64,000 nucleotides of DNA from Ancylonema sp. Lineage: Eukaryota. A program made the translations under genes and the position numbers. The notes below the pieces were generated by a model. The model saw nothing but the letters and a program-made list of their open reading frames with translations. It ran no database searches and had not been told where the DNA came from. The stretch covers positions 1 through 64,000 of the forward strand of contig JBFLGF010000077.1 of NCBI GenBank assembly GCA_050230475.1, read 5' to 3'. Positions 52,596-64,000 of the stretch are shown here, piece after piece (within the stretch, counting starts at the first letter, position 1; the number at the start of each line of letters is the position of its first letter).

Positions 52596-54039
52596 AGGAG
52601 GAGCTGCCGGAGAAAGTAATGTTGTGTTTTACCACCAGCAAACGGAGCAGGCATGCGGTGTGTCTGATGACTCAGCCGTTGTACTAGGCAGTATTTAAAT
52701 TAACAGTGTTACAGTGTACTCTAATTTTTGCTTCCTCCGTGAACCCGCCCCCAGCCGCTCCTCCACTCCTCCAGCCCCTCTAGATCTGCACCCCCCCAGC
52801 CGTGGAAGGTGGGGGCCACCTGTGAAGTGGGGGTGAGGAGTATACCCTGAGGCCACCACAGTGTGGGATAGTGCGGTTGCTGCATTCATGTTGAAGCCCA
52901 GCACCGCAACGAATAGCGGCATGTAGAAGGGACCGCCTCCGATACCGGCGGAGTTGGCTAAGAGGGCGCACTGGGGCACCAAGAACACGAATCGGTTAAG
53001 AACTTACTATCGAGGGTACCATAAATGTTACGACGAAGGTTACGATGAAGGTTACGATGAAGGTTACGATTAAGGTTACGATAAAGGTTACGATAAAGGT
53101 CACGATGAAGGTTACAATAAAGGTTACTAACTCCACCTGCAGAACACGTGGGTGGGAAGAGCCCACCATGGGGCCCACGGGAGTGTGTGGGAGTAGTCCA
53201 CGAGTTTGATGTGTGTGTTTTCGTACATCATGATGAAATTCTGACAAAATTTTAGTAAATTTTAGTACTTCATGTCGAAATGACCATTTGATCGACAATC
53301 TGGCAAGTTTGCAATAACCTCCATCATCTCCGCAGACTGCCCAAGATAACTCAAAGATACCTTGATTATAGTGAAGGGTGTGAACAGTTTGAAAAGAAAG
53401 AGATGTACGAGCTTTGAGTACACTCGAGTAGAATAGGAAATTCGAACAGGGACGAGACTTGATTCGGGAATTTCTTGTGGTGATGGTCTCCCCATCCAGC
53501 ATAACCATAGACAAGTTCCGTACATCCACGGATCAACGAACAAAGGTCGGAGATTTGAAAATCGGTCGTACCCCTGACGAAGCAGTAAGGATGAATGCAA
53601 CCACGTAGTCGAGGTGAGTACTTACAAGGCAAGCTAGCAGGAGCGCTCCTCCAGTGTAAGCATTCAGTTGAAACGATGTGCTGGGTCCGACGACATCCCC
53701 CAGGCCCGCGTGTTGTTCAAGTAAGTTTGCTTTAGAATCGGAGATAATTTCTCCTGAAGAACTCTTTGTTCGAAGGGCAGTCAACTGATGGAACGAAAAT
53801 CTGGCGGACGCTGCCTCGCATGTGTGCAGGAGTCCAAACAGGACCAAAAAGGCGCCGAAGATGAGGAGCCTTCGCGCAGAAGAGGTCATCATTTACCGGG
53901 TAGAAAACGACAAAGTTTTTTTTCGGGAAAATGGCAGCAGGTTTCCTTTCGAAAACTTGCTCCCGCACAGCTCTTTGTCTTTCTGACGCGAATACGCAGA
54001 GTGAATGGCGTGAGAGCAACGTCTAATGTAGCTTATCGG
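52596..54039 (-). pseudogene. Captured genomic copy of the TauE gene 5' region (source 8832-10271)
   Basis: Near-identical inverted copy including upstream sequence, exon 1, intron 1, exon 2 and part of intron 2. Confidence 0.95.
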
Positions 54040-57000
54040 GTGTCTAGAATCAGGGAACACGAAACATTGAAAGAAATACAACTGTTGTTTTACATCAGGG
54101 AATGGAATAGAGCGAATGGAATCGAGCGTACCCAAGTGACGCTCACTCCGGGAGAGCGATCTTCGAAGATATCCTCCTCCGACGCTGACCCGAGTCACAC
54201 ACTCACAGGCCGATATCTTTCTCTCGTTATGACAGAAATAGCAAGTGGAAGCCCCACAGGTTGCGCGACATTGCTCGTCGTCACAGCAGCTCTGTGCAGC
54301 AGCAGCAGCAGACATATATCGAGAGGGGATGCGTAAGCACAGGCACTCGGGTTAAAATAAACGCGATAATACGAACGGGATCGGGATCCCGGTTCATTTG
54401 ACGACTGCATGCCAATAAGGACGACTGCATGCTGTGAAGGTTTCCCGCCGGGTAATTTGACGGCAAGTTTCGAACGGCCAGACCGCCAGCCGGTACCCGA
54501 TTTGACGTCTGCGTGCTGTTAAGGAAAACGTGCTGTTAAGTTTTTCCATTTAAGTATTAAGTGCCAGTTCGACGGGCGATAACGACCCCGTCCTGGCTTG
54601 GCTTAATTTCAGGAAATCCCGGGGATACCCCCATTTGCAAGTCTAAGCTAAGCAAAACAGGCGAAAAACGGGGTAATGATTACTTTCGTTTAAGCCAAGT
54701 CGAACGGGCTAAGTCGGCGGTGATAGTGAATGCCCTAAGTAGGGGGCCAGCACTTACACCACCACCTGCTCAATAATTTCGCGTTCGTTTTAGCATGCGA
54801 TTTCATGTGTTAGGCCCCCTACTACAACCCTGCATGATGTTGATTTTGCTATATCTACCCTCATCCCTGTGGGATGTGCGATATGTGGCGAGAGGGGTCT
54901 GGCGAACCGGATGCTCGGTAACACTTGGACCCTCGCGTCACACAGAGTACATGTTTTGAAGGCGAGAGAGCGCGTGTGTTAATTTGTTTTTTTGAGTCAA
55001 GCGCTCAAGCTCTAGTTTTTTAATATATAAAAACAGTTATTTATAAATTTATGAAGTGTATATATTCACGCATAAGAAAATGTCTATGCTTAAGAGGCCA
55101 GGCATAGGGCGAGGCCAGGTGGCTCATTGATTGGGTGGTTATCTAGCTGGGTGGGTGGGTGGGTGGCTGGCTGGCTGGCTCGCTGGCTGGCTCGCTGGCT
55201 GCTGGATCAGACATCAGAAATCTGCAAGCGCTGCACCAGAATGAAATCGGTCATTACGTTGGATGATGTATGACTTCGAGATTACAGATTTCCGATATTC
55301 GCGCAGATAAAAATACTCATGCATTACACTCTACGGAGGCAAAAAACGATATATTTGATATTATTGTGGCTTGTCGAAATGCTCACGCATGCCTCGCTGG
55401 CTGGTCGTGGTCGCAAATCGAAAGTCGAAAGTCGAAAGTCGAAAGTCGCAAATTGCAGAAGCAAATTCCTCTCCGCTCGTCTTGCTGGTTGGCTGGCTAG
55501 CTGGCTGGCTATCTTGCTGGTTGAAGCAGGCACCTGCAAGAAAATTCCCGCTGCACAGAATCAAATTGAATTCGGGCTGCGAGCGAGTCGACATCGGGTA
55601 GCGAGCGAGTCTAGGTCAGTGAGCGAGAGTTGACTGTTAGTCTACAAATTTCGGAAATAAAAAAGCGATAGCTGGTCGACTGGCTGGATGGCTAGCTGGC
55701 TGGTTGGCCGCAGTCACATATCGCAGTAGCTGTCGCAGGCGCAGTTGCAAACCGCAATTTACAGTCGCAAAATCCGTTCCGTTCGCTTTGCGCTTACCTT
55801 AATTCGCTGGCTGACTGGGTGCATGGCTGGCTGGCTGGCTGTAAGTCGCAGTAGCAGTTGCAGGCGCAGTCGCAGGAGAGAGGATGACAACTGGCTGGCT
55901 GGCTTACTAGTGGTGGCTGACAGGCTGGTGGTCGCAGTCGAAAGATACAGTTGCAAGAGAAGAGACGAGCGCATATGGTAGGGAGTAGGGTGGCGGTCTA
56001 CCCTTAACCCGGAAAACCCAGTAACAATGAGGTATTATTAGCCCGCAAATAACCCGGCAGCCAAAAGCCGGGTCAAAAACCCGCAAAAACCTGGAATAAC
56101 CCTCGTACATAATAGCAAAATAACCGGTCTTCACAATCATAAACAACTCAAACAAAAAAAAAAACAACTCAAACCCTTCAGACCTAAGTTTGACGGTCAC
56201 GACCGGCTCTAGTTCAAAATCGAGATGGAAATTTTGCAAAAAGCAAACCAATGACAATCGATTTGGCCGCTACCGGATATATCTTGGGCAATCGGTGCCC
56301 AACCACATGAGTTACACATGAGTACATGTGTATAAGTACATGAGTACATGAGCACATAAGTACACTTGAGATACACACATGAACCACTTGAGTTGAAAAA
56401 CCCCAAAAAAAACCCGAATAAAACCAGTGTTGTGATGTAGAACCACCACCGGGCGAAAACAGTTTCGGAACAGGGCGTGAAAGCCAAGGGCCCTGGCCCA
56501 AGGGCGCCCCCTCAAAAATAGCCAAGCTTAAAAAATGATAGCTTCTAAACGTTATGCGATATTCAAAATGTTTTTTCTTGGTATCTTAGAGGATACAATA
56601 CAGTTGTTATGAGCACCTTTTTTTTTCCCCCGATCAATGTGGATTTCAAAAAAACGGGAGAGACTTCGGGCTGTCGAAGGGGGGTGCCTGCAGTCGCTTT
56701 GCGGGGTGCATGCAGTCTCTCCCTTGTTGTGAAATGATCCCAAGACCACGTAGATCATGTACATCTTTTAAAAACCGAAATCCGTAAATTATTCGAGATC
56801 TTACAACACTAATTACGCCTGCCATCTTTACGCGTGTAATATTCTTTTGTATACCACGCCACAGCACGGAGTCGGACTCATGGGTGACATTAGATGATGT
56901 CGGATGTGTGTCGTATGGCGTACACTCTTCAATAAGTCATTTTTGAACAAAACCGACCATCTCTCCTCAGTGTGGCATTTTTTTTGTTTTTTTGTTATTA

Positions 57001-58470
57001 GGCCTATGGCTCCGCCCCACAAATTTCGCCCCGCTTTCCACCCCAGGCGGGCCCGACCCAGGCGGCGCCCTGGGCGGAAAATCTTCCGTCCGGTGGGGAG
57101 CCATCTAAGATTCATCATGTAGTGGGGTACACGGAAAATGGGGCGTAAAAACGGATACGGGGCCGTATCCGACGGGCTTTCTGTACCAAAACCGCCGGCA
57201 GAATCGGCCGCGCCTATCGCCAACGGCGCAAACTGTAGCAAGAGGTAGCAACGACCAGCACGTTAAACCAGAAATATAAGTTCGTTAACGCAAACCTCCA
57301 ATATAATAAATTAACCTTGAATAATCAATGCCGAATAATAATATTCAAGATTATGGAGAGGCTTAGCTCTCTGGGAGAGCGAAGTCCGGTAATGCAATCA
57401 CATCTTGTTTATTTTGTATGCTCTTCTTTTTTTATTTGCTTTTTGTTTTTCTTTTTTGTTTTACATTTTTGTTTTTTTAATATTTATAATGATGTTGCAG
57501 CGATAGAGCTCGTTCTAACTAATGTGCTTTTACCAGCTCGCCGCTGACTCGCCTAAAAATGGCGGTTGACATTTTTTTTTACTACAACCGGGGCTGGACC
57601 GCCAACCGCCTACCGCCTTCGACCTCTGGAGGCCCGGAACGGCCAGGAATTCATTTCAGCGGTGAGTTTCAAACGGCCCCGGCAAAAGCCAATACGGAAT
57701 TAATTTGCGTCGTGGGGATATTTATTACGAGATGCTCTAACGGGGGTTCACCTTTAGCCCCCGTTACTCCGCCACCTCCAACTGCCAGCGAACAGCTAGC
57801 GATTTCTAGCGAAGACCCCTCGTCAATTGCCAAGCAACAGATACAGAACATACCGATAAGGGGTAGGTGACTATTTCGCGGCAACTATATTTTGCATTTT
57901 AGTTAGGGATAACGCTACGACATTTACAAATTCCCGCAAGAGCGGACAGGCAGTTCAATAGCTTAGCAGCCTGCCGAAATCTCGTGATGGATGCCTTTAT
58001 GACCTTACTCTTGTGGCTGCCTCCTTTCATGCTCACTATTGCTTAACTGCATGAATAATTTTTCGGGTTTGTATAATCGGCATTGAAGCTCATGTGGGCA
58101 AGGCGCTTGTTCGCTCGCTCCTCTCTCGAGGTTTCATGTTCTGTATTCATGTCGAAAGGTAAGCAGGCCTAGATTTGGGTGCACGGTCATTCTCACATTT
58201 TCATTATAGAGACGGAACATATGTTTTTTTTTTCCTTTCGTATTGGGTACATATACGCTACATATGTTCAGAAGGTTGTCTGGTTTAGCCATGATGCAAG
58301 TTTGGTTACATATCACTTGATCATCCACCGTGCCACGGTGTTGTTGTTGTGATGTACAAGCGACCCTTTCCATATACGAACCCTTTGAAGGCACATCTGC
58401 GATAGAAGCACCGGATTATTGCGACCGCAAATCTATTGCACCACCAAAAGTTACCCTTCTGAAGGCACAC

Positions 58471-59062
58471 TGTAACGGAGTGACGTGCACGTTTGTGCAT
58501 TACTCTTGTTTTGTCGATAATTAAGTTAATTATCGATTGCATAATTAAGTTAATTATCGATTGCGCATATAAGCAGAGTTGCTTATAGAGAGGGACGCCG
58601 GCCTCGGGCCTGCGCCCCGCCTACGTATTATAAATACTTGGCGCAAGGTTGCGCCAATTAATACTTGTTTAATATTAGATATTACCGCCCCCGCATGGAG
58701 CCGGTAATTGACGGGTCAAAATCCCCGTCCGTTTGTACGGATTCAGCCGTACATGACGTAAGTCAACCGTCGTTTGCGGATTCCGTCCCGCATCGATAGT
58801 TCGAGCTCGTAGAGCTTTCCAATAGCCAGGACGAACCGCTGTCAGCTGAGGGAGCTTTCCTTCAACTGAACACGAGCTTGTGCACGATTCGATCGTAAGC
58901 TCCGCCTTCAAACATACACGCCGCAGCCTCTAGAGCATTCACTAATTGAACAAGCTCTAGTTGGTGCTGACTGCGGACACAGCGTGTCGATTACGTTCAA
59001 GTCGTATTTGTTTGTTATTTACAAATAACGTCATTTATATCGCCCTGTGGCGATACATTGCA
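58471..59062 (+). repeat. Gypsy 5' LTR (TG...CA) followed by tRNAiMet PBS TGGTATCAGAGC (59064-59075)
   Basis: Homologous to 1756-2377 (reverse complement) and preceded by CACAC. Confidence 0.92.
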
Positions 59063-62000
59063 TTGGTATCAGAGCAGGACTTAGATCCTGGCAGATTCTT
59101 CGGTACTATAGTAGTGTGCATGAGTTTCGAAGCAGCACTTGTAGCTTTTATCAAAACATATTAAGAAATGTCTTTGAATGTGCCTCCGGCGAATGCGCCC
59201 CGCGGTCAGACGACATCCGCCCCTCAAGTAGTTGAGACTGTGGCCGGATCCGCAATGCATTCGGCTACTCAGCAGGCTGCAGTCACTTCGCCGAGGCAGT
59301 CTCCAATGCGTGTGGTCAGCGGATCTCCGATAGGAGGCACTCTCAAGCGTCCGGCGCCTGTGATATTTCCCGCCCCGCGAAATTTCATCGCAGGAAATTT
59401 CCGCCCCGTTCGCCAGCCCGCCTACGCTGCAGTCGTCTAGCCAGCAATTCCTGTTGTTGCCTCTGCTCAGAGCGTCAGCGCGCCGATCGACGCGCTCGGT
59501 GGAATGCGAACCTACCACGAGAATCGTGGGAAGCTCTCCAACAAAGAGGAGTTGCTGCGCCAGGCGGAGAAGGCGCTCCAAGACCAGCGCGTGAGGGTCG
59601 CTGGGCTCGCCGTACAGCTCAATGTACAGGGGCGCGAATTGGGACAAGGAGAAGTCCGCCCCGCTACGATCGAGACTGCAGAAATCTCTAGCGAGCGCCT
59701 GATCAATCAGGGACGTTCGAAGTTGGAGCGATCGGAGAGTTCGAAGCAAGACAGGGACCTGTACTTCAAGGCATTGACTAAATTTGGTGCGCTTCTCATG
59801 TGGGATGCAAACGGAAAAGTTCAATTTCGCGACTGGTTCCAGGATTTCAAGGGAATGATCGTCGACATGAGCTGCACGGAGGAGATGGGCATGCGTCTGA
59901 TCATGACGCGCTTGAAGGAGGGGCCCAATTCCTACTGGCGGGATTGTAAATCCTCGCTGCTCAGGACGGGCGGCAACCCGTGTTCCTACGAGGTGTTTGA
60001 GCGGCAAATGATGGTCTCGTACTGAGCGTTGAAGCAGAATGGCCCGTTGCGACCTCTCCTGGCGGAGATGAAGCTGCACCTGTCGCGCATGGATCCGGGG
60101 ATTCGTCCATCGCGTGATGCGCAGATCCAGCATCTGCTAGACATCATGAACCTTGAGTTGTTCACAGCGGTGAAGCGCAGAGGACCGGGGAAGGGTGGGT
60201 CGTGAACCAGCCTCTAGGAACTCATGGCGTTCGCTGTGAAGGAGGACGACGACCAACATAAGTTGCGGATCATGATTCCGAACTCTGCGGAGGAGCGTGA
60301 GCTGCCGTTTACCCAGCTCATGAAGAAACGCAAGGCCGATGCCTTGGAGCGTCGTGGAGGTGGATCCTCAATCCCAGTGAAGAAGGGGACGACGTTTGGC
60401 AGCGCCGAGAAGGGAGGGAGTTCTTCCCGCTTCCTGGGTCAGGGCCAAAACCAGGGCAAGGCCCAGGGCCAAGGCCAGAACCAGGGGCATGCCAAGGGTC
60501 AGGGCCCGAAACAGAACCCGGGTAGGGTCCAGCTTAGCAATAAGGCTAGGATGGCACTGTATACTAACGGGAAATGTTTCACGTGTCAGAAGTCTCGACA
60601 CGTGGCCCGTGATTTTCCCACTCGGGTGGTAGTTAAGGACAAGGGTGATGACACCGATGGAAAGAAGTCCTATAGCCGTGTGGTAAAAGGATAGCTCGTT
60701 CCGACTTGGAGTCGCGGAGCGAGTAGGATTTGACAAATTTTGTTTTCGTCGATAAAAATGATTTGGCGGCAATATGTGGGGAGAGTCTCCTAATAATTGT
60801 TTGTTTGGAAAATCATAAAGATTGTATTGCAATGGAATACAAATGCAATGTCATGACTCCGATGAAATTCTTTTCATGTGTCGATTTGCCATACAATGTG
60901 TATTTGTGCTTACCAAGTGGTAAAGTACTCGATGATTGTATAGAATATTTTCACACATGGCCTGTGCCATTTACAATCTACAAGCAAACCCATCGACTTG
61001 AAAATGTCAATCACGTGCATGCGTCAGGGATTTCCCTCGCTAACTGCCGTGAAAAATAATGTCTTATGGTGAGTAGTACAAATTCCACAATGACTGCACT
61101 TTCAGCACATGACAACAATTTGTCATTTGAGGCGCAAGTTGCAGGGATTCCGATATCGATATCGTTGGATACCCTCGCTAGCGAGAACTTCATAAGTGCG
61201 GAATTCGTACGCCTACACAATATCGCCATCGATACCAGTAACAAAGTGAGTGTCACTTTGGGCGATGGTAGTGAAAGTGATATAGTGGGGAAAGTAAATA
61301 TTCACATGAAATTGGGAGCCTATCATGGCAAAGTCGTTTTCAATGTGCTAAAGTTAGCACCGTATATCGACTCCATTCTTGGATTAGAATGGAATCGACA
61401 TAATGTTATTTTAGACTTTGGAACCAAAACATGTCGAATAAACAACAAAGGATTGCGCTTTATCAGATTGTTTGCAAGTCAGCAACAAAAATAAAAGCCA
61501 GTCTCTCCTTTATTATTATCGATGCAACTTTCCAAGGCATTAAGGAAAGGAGCTCAGGCATTTTTTGTACAGTTACGCTCGAAAACTCTTGAAGAAGAGT
61601 TAGCGGATACTCAAGAGTGGCCTTTGCAAACTGAGGAGAAGATGCCAGGCATCCCAACTCAAATGGTGGAGTTACTCGACGAGTTTGTCGATGTATTTCC
61701 GGACGATCTTCCGAACGGACTTCCACCCGATCGGGGAACCGAGCACACGATTCCATTGGAACCGGGTGCAAAACCTGTTTTTCGACCGATGTATCGGTTA
61801 AGTCCTCTTGAGCACGAAGAGGCAAAGAAACAAATCACTGAGTACTTAGTGAAAGGGTGGATTACACCGAGTTCTTCGCCGTACGGTCAGCCGATTTTGT
61901 TTGTGTCAAATAAAGGGGGGAGTTTGCGAATGTGTATCGATTTTCGAGCACTTAACAAACAAACCGTCAAAAACGATATGCCTTGCCACGTATCGATGAT

Positions 62001-62325
62001 CTGTTGGATCAAATGAATGGCGCGAAGGTATTTACGGCATTAGATTTGGCTCAAAGATATCATCAAATTCGGATAACGCCGGAAGATTTTCCAAAGACCG
62101 CGTTTAGAACGCCGATGGGTCATTATGAGTTTAAAGTGTTGCCTTTCGGATTGACTAATGCCCCGGCAACCTTTCAAGCGACGATGAATGATATTTTTCG
62201 TCCGTTACTCGGAAAGTTTGTAGTAGTCTATCTGGATGATATTTTGATATACTCTAAAACCGAAGAAGAACATATTGAGCATGTTCGACAAGCGTTGTCG
62301 ATTTTACGAAAGTATAAGTTCTATG
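58471..62325 (+). mobile_element. 5' half of a Ty3/Gypsy element (LTR, PBS, Gag, PR, RT N-terminal part), truncated within RT
   Basis: Gag 59168-60694 (CFTCQKSRHVARDFP knuckle remnant), PR SLDTLASENF/ILGLEW, RT EHTIPLEPG, RMCIDFRALN, LDLAQRYHQI, FGLTNAP, VYLDDILIYS. Homology ends at LRKYKFY. Confidence 0.9.
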
Positions 62326-64000
62326 ATATGTGCTCTACTTCAGAACATCATGGGTAAGAAATGATTATTGTACCCGCCAGAGGAGACGATCCGCAATGAT
62401 TCTGATAAAGGTGGCTTAAATCGTTATTATAAATCGGACTTTGGCTATCGGCATTACGGGACGAAAATTTTTCCTTCTGGCTAGAAGTGGGTCATCATCA
62501 CAAAATTCGCCTCTCGACCTTCCCAACAAGGTTATCACTGCCCATTCGTTGTTAGGTCTAATTGCGTTTTGAATGGTTATCTCCGTTTGTCAATGTCAAT
62601 GTCAATGTCATGATCACGTTCAGATGTGCACATGGGAAAGGTTCTACTTCCACAAGTAGATGTCATGTGTGTAGCTCTTCGGTTGCAATTCGAATCATCA
62701 TAATTTGTCTTGGAATTCGGTTCATCCGTTTTGTCATAAGCTTAGAACTCACTTCGATGCTCACGACCGCTCGGTATGTCATACGTCTTCGTATGCTATT
62801 TTGCCCATGTGACACCGAATTCTATGACAACAAAACATAACACGAATAATATCTTCCGTATCACAAATTCGATTCATGCATATGACGATGCCTACGGATC
62901 CCATATTGATCGGAGTTAAGGTGTAGCATTAGAGAATTGGTAGGTACGATATGTCATACGCTATTGGTACCTCAGCAACAGTTTCTATGTACTTTTGAAG
63001 TAAATGCTGATCTCATTTTGTACCATTAAAAAGTTCCAAATTCTTGTATCAAGGGCTTTGTATCATAGAGAACGATTCCGAAATGCATGGATACATTGTT
63101 CAACCAATTTGTCTAGTATTTACGATTTGAAAAGTTGGAATATCACCGCTGGCACGTACTGTAAATTTACACAAAAGGATTTGGAAAAAAATGCGAACTT
63201 AATATGATAGCTTAAACTACCAATCAACCAACTTGGAATCTTACATAGAGAATAGCGTGAAGGCGCTTGTGGCATCCACTTGAGGTGTACTTGTGATGTT
63301 GTCGCATGTGGGTACTGTTGTTAGGTAAAATCGTATTTATGCAAAGTGGTCATTGCAATGCGATCAAGTGGTATTGCAAGATCGGTTTTGAGAGTCTGCA
63401 CTTCTTGGTAATAGAAAGGTGAGGTGCCCCGTACAGGTGAGGTTGATAAGTACGGGAGATACTCGATACGGTGGCATACCCAAATGTCACTATATAGTAT
63501 ATACTGATAGCCCCAACGATTGCCATAGAGACACTGAACCGCCACTCCCCGTGATCATGTCACTAAATAGAGTGTTCACTTCAGTATGCGCAATCAGCTT
63601 TCACTTCAATAGTTCGTTGGAGTCCTTTTGAGTTCGACAGTTGTCGTCTCTGGAAGAAAGGGCGCATTGGTAATGGACCAACTACTCGGGGATTGGTCTA
63701 TTAGATACTAGACGGTTTGAGCCGATAGGTGAGGGGGGGGGGAGTCTCAAATCCATTTGTTTAAACTTCTTGTATATAATGAGGCATACGGTACGCATTC
63801 CAAATTGCCTTGAAAGAGGAAAACTTAAGGTTATCAACAACATTATATCGTAGACTTCTAGCAAATAGTACTTGACATTTACTACATTTTTGTTTGTTTG
63901 TTTATTTGCATCGTTATGCACATACATGTGTACGAGCACGTTTCAAACGAGAACGTATACAAAAGTAAGCGCACCCACACATCATCATCACCATCTTTCG

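Larger units (their letters stand above)
48207..54547. mobile_element. Mutator-like element carrying a host gene fragment (Pack-MULE-like), 6341 bp
   Basis: ~160-bp TIRs (48207-48367, 54382-54547), perfect 9-bp TSD ATTTAAGTA (48198-48206, 54548-54556), internal transposase remnant, OTU-like fragments and a TauE copy. Confidence 0.9.
46723..54735. mobile_element. PIF/Harbinger-like MITE head-to-tail dimer (unit 1 46723-47699; unit 2 ~47699-54735, split by a MULE)
   Basis: TIR GGGCATTCACTATCACC...CGACTT, TAA on both outer flanks, and internal sequence duplicated between units. Confidence 0.85.

Noticed and set aside
52596..54039. Functional second TauE gene or retrocopy
   Set aside because: Only two exons, truncated in intron 2, and introns are retained, so it is neither complete nor retroposed.
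55090..57900. Additional TE or gene in the GGCT-rich and motif-rich region
   Set aside because: Low-complexity repeats and possible TE fragments, but no paired TIRs/TSD or credible ORF could be fixed.
59081..60133. 350-aa antisense ORF
   Set aside because: Shadow of the GC-rich Gag on the opposite strand with no recognisable motifs.
1..64000. tRNA/rRNA genes
   Set aside because: None recognised. Only tRNA-complementary PBS motifs were seen, and a tRNAscan-SE/Infernal run would be needed to exclude them.

Overview
Eukaryotic genomic DNA (GT-AG introns, LTR retrotransposons, MITEs), most consistent with a green alga, probably a streptophyte/charophyte (inference). Four intron-containing host genes sit in a transposon-rich background: a gamma-glutamyltranspeptidase (-), a TauE/SafE sulfite-exporter-family gene (+, head-to-head with it), an ER DnaJ/thioredoxin-fold (ERdj3A-like) gene (+) and a bifunctional 3-dehydroquinate dehydratase/shikimate dehydrogenase (-). 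Highlights: (1) a decayed Ty3/Gypsy element (~20.8-34.8 kb, -) whose Pol carries an in-frame C5 cytosine DNA methyltransferase between protease and RT and a PHD finger after the integrase, interrupted by a full-length Copia with a 5-bp TSD; (2) a 6.3-kb Mutator-like element (9-bp TSD, ~160-bp TIRs) carrying a 1.44-kb genomic copy of the 5' end of the TauE gene ~44 kb away (Pack-MULE-like), nested in a PIF/Harbinger MITE dimer; (3) two complementary halves of a chromodomain Gypsy element at opposite ends of the window, in opposite orientation, with a matching CACAC TSD, suggesting a ~57.5-kb inversion (or misassembly). All calls come from manual motif reading. Exon boundaries and identity estimates are approximate, and no searches were run.
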